A DNA stretch of 64,000 nucleotides from Podarcis bocagei (taxonomy: Eukaryota): the NCBI GenBank assembly GCA_964188305.1, contig OZ076889.1; one strand, given 5' to 3'. A program made the translations under genes and the position numbers. Under the pieces are notes generated by a model that saw nothing but the letters and a program-made list of their open reading frames with translations, was not told where the DNA came from and ran no database searches. This document shows positions 21,436 through 33,647 of this stretch, in pieces. Each line of letters opens with the position of its first letter. Position 1 is the first letter of the stretch.

Positions 21436-24400
21436 TAACTATAGCCCACAGAGATTCTGTGTAAAGAGTGTCAAATTTAGGCTGACCTGTGCAGAAATAG
21501 TGCGCTGAAAGGTTTTGGCGGTTGAGGTTTCATTGGAAACATTACTCTGTGGAGCCCAGTAGTGTTCAGACATCTAGAGAAATATGAAAGCATCCATTAA
21601 TGGAAACTGTGGAACAGTACTATAGCCACGTGAATAAACTTTTGTAACGAAAGGGTTTAAATTACCTTTATCTGAAGCCACTGTACAGCCCAACTCCAAT
21701 GATGGGAATTCTCCTTGAAATAATCTTTAGCAGCAGAGCACCTTTGAAATCCAAAGCAAATTATTAAAACTATTTATCTGAAGGTAATTTAGGATCACAC
21801 TCCCTTTTCATACTTTATGAACTGTCTGGCTGTGCAATTCACTGCCTTTGCTTGTGTGCTGCGATACAGAGCAGGCTGGAGTCCAATGTTTCAGAACGTC
21901 TCCAAAGTACAAATTCTTCCAGTTTACAAAACCTTTCCTCCCTTGTCACACGGGGCAATTCTTTCTTGTCACAGTCAGTCAGCTGAGCGGCTATGATACA
22001 TTGCAGTGATGGGACGATTTTACAAATGACAGAACATCACTATTTTTCAAACAGCACAGGCCTCATATTTGCTGTTCTGTACAGTGTTTTCTTTGAGCCT
22101 GCTACCATTACAATGCAACTGAATGCACAGCACTGAACGTTCTTTAGGTATCCATACAACTAGTCTTTCCTGGATCACCGGTTCACAAGAAGCAGACCCC
22201 TTATCTAGGTTATAAATGGATCCTACACATTTTATTTGGGCCTGAAAAAGGATAAAAGAGAACTGGCAAAGGCTTGCTGAAGACACAGCTGCTGCTTATA
22301 ATCATGTGACTTAATACAAACAGAACACACCGACTTCCGTTTCACTGAGTGTTATACTTACTTCTGAGCAAGAGTGACCAAGAATTTGACACACTGATAA
22401 CAGCGACTGCTGTCCACATGGTTATTACTGTGGTGCATCAGTGCTGTTGAAGGAAAAGAAAGGAGATTAATCAGTATTAAAGACTTCAGGAGTGGGCCCT
22501 GCCATAAAGCAGGGAGATTTGGTTCTACATCCTAGTTTGGGCTTCATGTCAGACCACTAACCAGAGTGTAGAATCTAAACCATGGTTGTAGTTTCAAAAC
22601 GTTCCACAGACAAACCATCATTTCAAGAAGTTTTTCATAAATATTTCTCACTTTCATTGAGCAGCACCAGCTTCTGCAGACAGTAGCTGTAACTACGGTT
22701 CGCTAACTTAGACAAAAGCATAGTTTGGTGCAACGTATGAATTTAGCCTATGATTCATGTCTTACTTAACAACAACAAAATGTTAAGACCCCCTTTCTAG
22801 TTCAAACATGCAATGAGCTGTGTGATTACAACCTAGGTTATAATAGAGCACTTAAAGATGATGAAATTTGGTTATCAACATACCCCCCCCCCGTTACCTA
22901 CAGGATTTCTGTTCTTTTGATGCCACCTGCCTCTGACGTAGTAGTCAAAATGATAAAAAGCGCTTCAGTTTCTATATGAACCAAGTCTTCACAATAAAAA
23001 AAATAGCTCCTTTTGAATTCACACATCATAAATTTGTTTCTAATTCTTCACTTGAATATATTCAAGGACAGAGATTGTGGGCAGTATCCGTTAGCTGTGG
23101 AAGTGTAAGGCTGCTTACGCAAATGATCTCCTCCACCCCCCCCCCCGGCTTCTGTACAAAATGAAAACCCTGTCCAGACGTTTTTTTTGGTGGGGCTGAA
23201 CTGTTGTCACTGGAAGGGGGAAATTCACCTCTCCTGCATTGCCACTCTGTATCACACAGCTCCATACCCCCTAGAGAGTTTTCAGGTGGAAAGAAGAGGA
23301 AGGTTGCTTGTGCAACCTGCCTTTCACTTGTGCGACCACTGGATTTAAGCCATTGATTTTCTTACTGCCAATTTTTTGTTTTGGAAGTTTCCCACAATTT
23401 CAAAGTGATTTGCCAGGAAGATGAGAAAAAACAAATCCTCTTTGCATGCATGGAAGAACCTACAAGGTTCTTTGGATCCATTAACACCTCACAGCAGGTT
23501 TACTCACCCAGCAATCCATTTTCAGTCTCAAATGCAAACTTGACCCGCTCTATTTGCAAAGGATCTTCAATAATCTGCGAAAAGGAACAGAACAATTAGT
23601 TTATACAGACACTTGGAATCTATCGTATAGTTATACATTTCTTGGTTGTACCCAAAGAAGTCTTTCCACTAGTACAAGGACTTCTGCCTGCACAATAGCA
23701 CTTTCTCTTGATTCTACCTTGGCTAGATTACCTTATATCCATTGTTATGTTAGCAAGATAACTAATATTATGACACTGCAAAAACCAGATAAGGGAAAAT
23801 CCCTGGTTGTATAAATTAGTTTCGTTTTTGGCATCTATACTCCAATGCTTATCGACTGAGTGAACAATGTAACACAAACAAGCAAAAAAACCCCTGTTTG
23901 TTATTAAAGTGTGTTCAGTTACCAATATCTCATGAAGAAGCTGGAAGGTGTTCTTCAATTCATGGGGTGGAGCAGTCTCCAGCTGATTCTGTAAGTTGAA
24001 GACGCAGATTTAAGCAGGTAGAAGGGCACGCACATGAATATCAGATTTAGGATAATCATTCATATATGATTTTGCATTTTTAAAACCCCCTAAATTATAA
24101 CAAGGTGGGGGCTAGATATCTGCACTTTTATCAGAAGCATGTGTCATCAGAGAAATACATTTAAACATTTTTTTTCCAATTTGTTCTGGGGAAGAATTCT
24201 TTATTTGTGATTTTTTTCTGAAGAGCATTGGTTCAAAGGCTAGGGTGCTGGAGGACAGGCAGCAGGAACCAAACATATAAAATAGGAAAATTAGAGAAGT
24301 GAGAGGTGTACAAACTATGGGCTAGAACATATACAGATCTCCTGCTTCCTGGAAACTAAGCAATTTTTGTTGGTTTTGCTATTTCAAATATAAACGTTTT

Positions 24401-27400
24401 GCTCTCGTAAAAGCAAGCAAGTTACGTTTATAAATATGAAATATGCTGCACTATGATCTAGGAGACCAGGGTTCAAATCCCCACTTGGCAATGAAGCTCA
24501 CTGGGTAACCTTGGGCCAGTCGCAGTCTCTTAGCTTAACCTACCTCACAGGGTTGTTGTGGGGATTGAGGAAGGGAAGAACCATGCATGCCAACTTCAGC
24601 TCCTTCGCAAAAAGGGTGGGATAGAAATGCAATTAATATGCATGCATGGAGTGCATGGATGAATGGAGGAATATGCCAGAAGCTCTGGCTATTTGTACCT
24701 TTTTGCAGAGCCTTTTCATGTGCTACAACAGCTAATGTGTACGGTGAAGTGCAAATAAGCTCTTTCATTCTGAAGAATTGGCATCTGCCAATATGGAGAT
24801 TATGCAACAGGCAATTCGATTCTGTACTGCACAGAGCTGCTACGTACACAGACATGTGTGTGCGCGCGCACACACACACACGCCTCAGGCACCAACGTAG
24901 AACAGGCCATGTTTTGAAAGTGTACCCTGACTGGTTTCTCCTTACCTTGATGAAATGGAGCATGGTAAAGGAAAAGTGCTCATTACAAAAGCAGCAGTAC
25001 ACCACCATCTCAATGAGGACCAGCAGCGATCCAGTTAGCTCCCTTAATGCATACATCACCTAATGAAGAAACACAAAGAGTCAGATTAGGCAGCCGTTCT
25101 TTCTTAAAATAAAAATAAAAATCCAGCTTTGGGAAGCTTGTAGATTTGCTCTTTTTAAATGTTCTTCACATTTAAGACCCAACCCAAGCCTCATAATTTA
25201 TAGGCCTAAAACAGTAGCTTACCTCCATTAAATAAGGCTTCCCCTCAGGCAGGAACAGTAAAGCTTCTACTTCTTCATGGAGGGCCAGGAGCGGTCCAGA
25301 GGTGGTAATGCTAAGGGGTGAATGCAGAACACACAGACCAGGAGCTGAAAAATAAACGAAATGAAATGAAATATGGAGGCAGGAAACATGCAGAGGGACG
25401 AGTGGTGGAGAGGATAGCAAAAACTTTGATCCATGTGATTTTGGGCCTTCCTGAACAAATACGAGGAGACATCCCCCACCTGCCTGCCTCCTGAGAAAAT
25501 AGTTGAACCACTACTCCTTTTGAGTAGCAACTTTATATGCAGAGAGTAAATAGCAGGGGTTTGCACTGGTTCTGTGTACTGCAAATTACAAGGTGAATCA
25601 GGGTGATTTGGGGAAGATTCCCACATCAGACTGTGCTACTAGCATGGTGCCTCCAGATGGACTGGGGAGTCCCTAAGCCTCCATGTGGCTCTGTGCCCTT
25701 GATTCCCACCCCTAGCCTCCCAGAAACTAAGTCAAGCTGACTGGGGGAAACTCCCAAAACTCGGAAGGGTGGAGAGGTGGTGGAATCTGAGAAACAGGTC
25801 TAGCTTTGAAACACTGATTTCTTTTCCCAGAGCACTCCAATCAGATATTTAGAGAAGGGATTGAAAGCTATTTCTTTACATGTTCCATTCTTTACAGTGA
25901 ATGGAAAGATTTCCATTGTATGCCTCAAAGTAAGTGGGAAAGGGGCTGAAGACCAGCCCTTTGACCCTTATGGTAACAGGTCCTTGCTGGGAGAAAACCC
26001 CTTTTTCCTACGGATTTGTGCTATTTTGCAGCAACCCCTTTCCATGCAAGTCTCCTTGGGAGAAGAGAATTTGCCTCCAAATGTCTGTGGGAGGCAAAAG
26101 CTCAACCCCCTAACTACAACCATTTGGGCACAAGGGTCTTTGCTAGGGGCAACATTCCCCACACTAGATATTTCCTGAGAATCTAGCACTTTCTTCTTCG
26201 CCCGCAATTCCTAGTGTGCCCACCCTAAAATGGTCAAGTCTGTCCTTGTGGGAGAAGCGCTGTGAAGCTTCATTCCCTCACAGAAAGGGTGACTGTGCAT
26301 ACAAATTTCACCCAATCCTGGAAGAAAATGAAAAAAAGTGTAACTCGTCCTTTGATGGGAAAAGAATCTAACCTTTAGGTGTCCCCTGGATATAAATGCC
26401 TAGTTTGCAGTCTTAATCCATTCTGGAGGGTCCTCCAAGCAAGGACCCACTGGCAAATTTAACCCACTTCTGTGAAAAGGGAAGAAAGTTACAGCTGTTT
26501 TTGGATTCTCCATGATCATGAAGGGGTTGAGAAAACAGAGCTTAATTTTTAACAGATCTAAATTGGCTCTGCTCTGAATAACAATGGGTTGAATTGGAAA
26601 GACTGGCTCCAAACAGATCAGGCTGCTTCCCAAAGCTTCAGATTAAAAGTTGAATATGGTGGCTGGTGTACACTCCTTCCAAATAGTCACTGAAAACCAG
26701 GAGTTGCTCTTGGTGGGTAAACTGAGGAAGTTTAATCTCTTTACTGAAGATCTGCCAAGCTGCATTATTAACAGCGGCCAGTTAGTTTTGTGAAATAAAA
26801 TACTTACCCACATTCCTTTGTGATGAGACATCAGAGTGCAAAACAAGCAGCGCCACGGTATTATGGAGGAACCCAAACTCTCGAGCTTGTGCTGAACTCC
26901 ATCTGCGATTCTGTTTTTGTTAGGCAATATTATAAAAAAAGAGTAGAAGATTATTTTGCAAGCCCTGCTTAAACATCATTGCCTGCACATACTTTTCAGT
27001 TTTGTGTCTTTTCTTTTCTTTTATTTAAGGGAAGAGCATTTCTAAAACCAATCATATACTTGCTTTAAGTAAGCAGCAACTGTGTTCATATACTAGTAGC
27101 AAAGTATAGAGTGCTATATGGAAAACTCATTTTGAGTTTCCAAGGTAGACTCAGTTTTATGGTACAGCAGAGCCTAGGCATATCGCACCATGAATCGGGT
27201 TATGTTGCAAGTAGGCACCCGTTTCTGTTTGATTAATGCAAAAAGCCTTCTACCAGCAACTTGTCCCAACAATGGGCAGGGTGTTCCAAGAGGGAGAAGC
27301 AATGCATGCAGCAAGTTCAGAACGGGGCTGAGTTGTGCTGAATCACCTACAGGCTTGAGGCAGTCAGTCCCAGCAGCTGCCAAGGCAGGCCAGACACATG

Positions 27401-30400
27401 GCTCTGCCTCCCTCCTGCCTCAAATGCTGCTGGCAGCGCAGAGCTGGGCCCAAGGGAAGCAGCTGCAGGGAGTCTGGCTGTTTTCTTGCACATACGATTG
27501 CAGGGGGAAGAGGAGCACACAGCTTAAATTTCCTTGGCTGCTTCTGTTGGGCTCTCAGGTACAGGAGCAGCGGTGGCAATCGGAAGACAGAGTTCACAAT
27601 GGTTTTAATCCCAATGGGTAGTTTCTGTAACTAAGTATATGAACTTGAAGGCAACACAAATATTCAACCTAGACTACTGGATGATATTAAGCACCTCATT
27701 ACCTGGTTATTCTGACGGCTAGGACCAAGGAGAAAGTTGATCATATGCCTCAAGGCAGAATGCCTGAGAAGGAGATCACAAGCTCTTATACCCTGCTATG
27801 AAAGGACAAACAGAACATAGGGTCACATCTGTTTCCATATGCAGAGCATGCCTGCACATATTAGATTATGGTTCCTTATTATGCTTCATACTTTCCAAAA
27901 GCACATATGATTAAATTATATACTACTGACTGGCAGAGTTTTGAGTGGCTCCACAGCACCAGATTCCCTGTGATTTGCAGATATTTTTTCTTTCAGGTTT
28001 GCTTGCTTACCGGTTTAACAATAGGATGCCCTGAACACAAAGGAAGTCCTGACAGCTGGAAACACATGCCCTAAAGACTGCAGCAGACCATTGGAAAGCA
28101 CCTGGGGAAAGGCATGCTCTCCAGTCAATAGGGCTTGATTTGAGCACCTGTAACAGGTTTAAACTCTAAATGGCTATATAAGAAATCTAGAAAAACAATC
28201 TACCTTTATGTGATAATGGTAATGTTTACCCATAACATAAATTTGTCCTAGGACATAGGGCAAATAAAGAGAGAAGTGGAAGAGTGAGTATTTGGTTTAC
28301 CTTTTGTACAAAATTGTTGAACAAGAAGAAGTACTGGGCACAGTTTTTGCAGTTCTCAGGGACGTCCTTGTCCAGCAGACCAAGCAGCACATCCACTAAC
28401 TGATGCAGACTTTTCAACTGTTGAAAAGTAAAGATGGGAAGATCTTGTATTATCAGGAAGGCGGATTTAATTAAGGCACATTTAATAATAAGTACAAAAG
28501 GCACCTACTGCCTATGGATTTATTAGGCTTGCTTAAGACAAATGCTAGGCAGCTTGGTTCAGCTGGCCATTGGGCATTGCTTCCTTAACACCCCCCTGAA
28601 CAATTCTATTACATATCCGCCTGGCCTTTGGCTTGGAGCCAATTTGATTCCCTCCCTCCCTTTCTTTCTTTTTTCCTTTCCTTCTCCTCCTGCGATGAGG
28701 CTACATTTTAATATTTTAATGTTTCCATATTTTAATGTTGTATTTTAATTTTGTTTTTAAGTTGTAATCATTCAATTTGTTTTTATTATTGCTTGTAAGC
28801 CGCTCTGAGCCCGGCCTTGGCTGGGGAGGGCGGGGTATAAATGAAAATTATTAATTATGATTATTATTCTACATTTCAGGACTCACACATATCCTTAGAA
28901 CAAAATAACTTTATTTAAGAAGGGCGTCAGCGTATACACTCTTAGAATAGAAGGACTATAGCACTTTCAAGTCTGACCACTGGCCCAGCAAATTTAAGTA
29001 AAAACACTCAAGCTTAAAAAGCTCGGTATGGAGCACAGCAACAACGACTTTGGTCCGTGTGTATGCAAGGAGCTAGGCAGGACATTTAAGCCTCTTCCTC
29101 TGACCACCAACCACCTCCTGAGATTTTACCAAACGTCGACCATACATTCTCCAATGAATCTCTGCAGTTGTAAGAACAGAAACTTATTTTTTCAAGTAGG
29201 AGTTTCTCACAACACTTAATACCGCACTTAGACAAAACCATCACAGAATCATAGGATTTGCAAAGGTCTGAAACTAGTTACAAGATTCTGGCAGTGAACA
29301 GACTAAAGAAATAAGATAGAATAGCAAGGGCGGCAGAGGGGTGGGGAACAATTAACATATATCATTAATGAAGCAGCAGCATACAATTTTCTGAAGTGCA
29401 ATGAAATGTTTCGCATACCAGCAGTTACATATTACTGACCTTTTCCTGATAAAACAAGGCACTGTCTAAGGTTTTTTCAAGAATGGTGGCTACAGCAACT
29501 CGCACCTCTCTCACACTGCATTCCAGTAGAAAAGTCCTGAAAAATGCACACATGCAATAAAAATGAAGATGCGCGCGATAGAATCCATCTCTCTCATGTG
29601 CTAGTAGAAATCTGCAATCCCTGCCTTTTACTCAAGTGTGAAATCCAATATTTACACTTCTTTGAGAGTAGAAAGACTGGATACGGTCACTTAATAGCCA
29701 AACTGAAGGTGCCTCATAGAATGTAAATGATATCTATGTGCGTCTGACAGGAATTCTTCAAATCAGCAGGACTTAATACCATAACAAAATAGACAGATTA
29801 AAAGGAAGCAGTAATTGACTGCCTAAAGCAATGTAGATAGGCTTTCCACTGAAAGTCGTTCAGTGTGACAGAGCTTGTCATTTGGAGCAGACACATGCCT
29901 ACACACACACACAATGACTCACTGTGCACTTAATGGATCAAGCAATTTTTATATTCATGTCATAAATTATATTTCCTGCCAGAAAATATATCTAAAAGGC
30001 TATCTGCCTCTCCACAAGTAGATCATTCTCTCATATGGCTTATTCATCCAAGTATACAAATTTTTGGGTACATGCCTCTAATGAAGATAAGTGAGTAGTA
30101 TGTAATAGTTAGACTTGTGTACTTATATTGATACTTACTTTATGAGCTCTCGCCCTTCTGCCTCAACTAAATATTCAACCAACCATTGACAAGCTTCAAA
30201 ACTTTTAGAAACCAAAGCATCAATGGTTGCAATCCATTCTTCTATGTCAACCCTTAAAAAACACCAAAAAACAATCACAGTAAGGTCAGCAAGACTTCAA
30301 TATGAGAAATATAAGTTTTCTCTCTTTTAAAAAGCTTTTAAAAGTGTTACCTGAGTTTTTTCTTGGTTCGCAGACATGTCTGGAAGAGGAACTGGACTGC

Positions 30401-33400
30401 TAGTTGTAAACTTACTCTTGCCATAGATGGATAATGGGGGTGCTTTAACTTTGTCTAAGAAAAAGAAAGTGCATCACATAACACCACAAGTACTGGCCTT
30501 TCTGATAAGATTCTTAAACACAGTATTCAGACTGGAACTGAGATGGTGCCAAAATAGTTTTAGGATGGCACAAGAAGGTAAAGAGAATTATCTGAGGTTT
30601 CAGAAAAACACTTTGTCAAATGTGTGGTGACTGGTGACTTCCACTCTTCTGCTAAGCTCCTTGGTGTTTAAAGAAAGGGGGGAAACAGCTTCTGTCCCTT
30701 CGATTATACTATGGGAGCTGCAATCCAGCACAAACTTTTTCTCATTTTTTGGACCTTCCTCTTTAGCTCAAACCAAACTATGAGTGTGTGTAGTGGGCTC
30801 AATATTTGCCTTGTAACTGTATGTTTTAAAATTCTGATCCATTTTCAAATTGCTTCCTGCTATTTGATTTGGTTTTGTGTAAACAAAATTCTGAGGTTCC
30901 CATTCACTATAATGGAGAATTGAAAAATGGTATAACTGCCCCCTCCCTTTGACCAAAGTGGATGAAATTTACAAGGGCGAGGGAAGCAGGTATTTGTCTC
31001 TTGCCTTTTCTCTTCATACAATAATTAAAGGTGTGTGTATTAAATGCTTCATACCAGCCTTTTCATTCCAGTGGTTGTGTCCTCTGATGGGTTTTACAGG
31101 CCTACAATAAGCCATACAGCCTTAGCGTGTCTAAAATGTTGGCCGCAGAGTTTTGGTGTTTCAGTTTTCTTTGTTAAAGCAGAGCAATACAGGAGCTAAT
31201 ATATATGTGTGTGAGTAGCTTCTAACTTCTTAAAAAGTCCTACACCGCTGTGCTTTGACAAAAAACACAATCTAGAGCCCTTCAACAACATTTTGGACAG
31301 CCTTCTTGCAAAGAGATGTAGGAAAAAATAGATATATGAGGGGAAAAGTACAGAAACAATAGGACAGAACAACATAAAGCTTTGTGGGATCCTTCATCCA
31401 ACTTGGTGGAGGACAGCCCCACAAATCACCCTGTATTTTGGCCCACACACAGGCAGTGAACACCCTAAAAGATATAATCAGAGACTGAACATATGTTTTA
31501 CTGCTGTTAAGTAATCAAAGAGGCCATAATATGCTATATCAACAATGCATTCATTTTTAAAAAAGAAGTTTGCTGCTGGATAGTCTTAATTTCTCCCCCT
31601 CTTCCCAATGAGGACAGTTTATCTTGTTCTGGCTCCACTGAGCCTCAGCAATTCACTTCACTTAGTATCTGAAAGATAAAATTCATCACTCACAGCATTT
31701 AATGAAGCTAACGATAAAACAAAGCTAAAATAGTCACTGCTGTAGACATCTCTGTTCTTCATAAACTTCAGGTTTTCATCTCTCACCATCTGAAATGACA
31801 ACACATGTCTGGTTTTAGAAATAAAAGTCAAGGATATGTTTAGAATTTCTAAATCTTTCTTACAGAAAATATGACATTTTGTAAACAAAAGCATCATTAA
31901 AAGCAGGATGTTGGAAGCAATGTATATCTCATACTGTATGTTTGAAATGGCATGATTTGGGCTGAATTAGCTGTAATTATCACCAAGCTAATCAAGTCAT
32001 ACTGGAAAGGCTCACTGAAAACATCAGGCTCAGTGTGCTGCAGCAGTGAGATTAATAGCAAATTCTATGTGAAGAATTACCAGCAAAATAAATAGAAAAC
32101 AGAACTCACATTTATTACAGTGCCATAAAACAGTAACTAAACTTTCACATGATTTTCTGTCATGGCTTCAGCTGAGATTCCTGCATTGCAGGGGGTTGGA
32201 CTAGATGACCCTTGGGGTCCCTTTCCAACCCTACAATTCTATTATTCTATGTTATAGTGCTAGCAAAGATACACAAAGGAGCAGCTACAATTGAGTTGTC
32301 CACTGAAAATGACAGACATATAGGCTTACAAGAGAGAACTATTTCTTCACAAAATGTGATTAATTTATCGATTATTGATTCTTACAACATGAGGAAATGG
32401 TCTTCAACTGAATAGCTTTAAAATGAAGCGTCACCTCTAAATCTACGAGATTAAATTTTGATTTTTGTTTTGCTCCAGAACAATTCAGAGAGTAAAAGAT
32501 ATACCTATATCCATTACACCTAGAATTTAATCTATTGAGCTTGTGAATACCTGACATTTTTATAATGTTATCTAGCTGCCATTAACACTGTTTACCTGAT
32601 ATATCCGAACTGGCATTTTCTCTACAAATAAGCCTTTTTTCTCCCCTTTCTTGACCAGTTTGGTCAAGATGGACAAGCGGTCACTACTGGGTCTATGGGG
32701 CCGTGGCGATGATTGCGGTGAAACATCTGGTGAAGATGGAGCAGACCTGGGAAATAAAACGCATGTAAGCTCAATGCTGAAAATGTATTCTTCTATTTGC
32801 TTGACAAAGTGCAAAGCCAAAGTTCTCAAGTATGTTGTGCATCTAGCAATGCACATTTGATCATAACTTTACGCTCTGCGCATGGAAGGCCTGAACTCAT
32901 TATATGGCTGATTGTGGCTACAATCCTGCATCCTTTGCTAGGGCAGCAGGCTGTGGAACAGTGTTTTCTAAGAAGCCAGTGTAGCTTCTCCTCCTTCATC
33001 AGGTCTCCAGGGCTGTTTACTGCTTGGTGCTGAGTACACTGCTCTAAACAGATGCTCCCATGCATTCAACAACCTGCCAAGCCCTCTCTCACACAGCTCT
33101 GCTTCTGCTACTACTAATACACTGTATCTGTAATACCCAATGATGTTCATAACTGAACCATTTCTTTTTCATAATGAAAATAGGCTTCATAGAGTCAGCT
33201 GGCCAGCCCCCTGCTAATGGGAAAAAATGAAACAAGGTAAAGAGAAAACCAAAGGTTTCTCTGACTAAATGTTTTTTGGCCATTTTAGCAGGATTTAATG
33301 GTGCAAGTATTCGCCCCCAAATGGTTATATCTTTTTCAAGGTTATATCTTTAAAAAGTTTCAATACTGTAGCTTGTACAGTCCTATTCCTTCATATGGTA

Positions 33401-33568
33401 CCCACCTCTTAAGTGTCTTGGATGCCCCTAGTCATAAACATACTCACAGAAGCTGTCCTGAGCTTATGCGTAACCAAATTATAGCCTCAAGAGTACTCCT
33501 CTGAACAGAAGATTATAAATTCTGCAGAGGTCCCCCATGGAAGGAATAAGCTTCTGGTTAAGTAGCTT

Positions 33569-33647
<79 letters not shown>

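Noticed and set aside
22004-22043. AGTGATG...CATCACT stem suggesting a C/D snoRNA
   Set aside because: Too short, imperfect C box, no CTGA D box.
24535-25063. 174-aa and 158-aa antiparallel ORFs
   Set aside because: One is a USP24 exon plus intron read-through into a SINE; the other is its antisense shadow.
29130-29161. Possible 32-nt poison exon (ctgcag...TTG|gtaaaa) in USP24
   Set aside because: Splice-like words only; no conservation or transcript evidence available.
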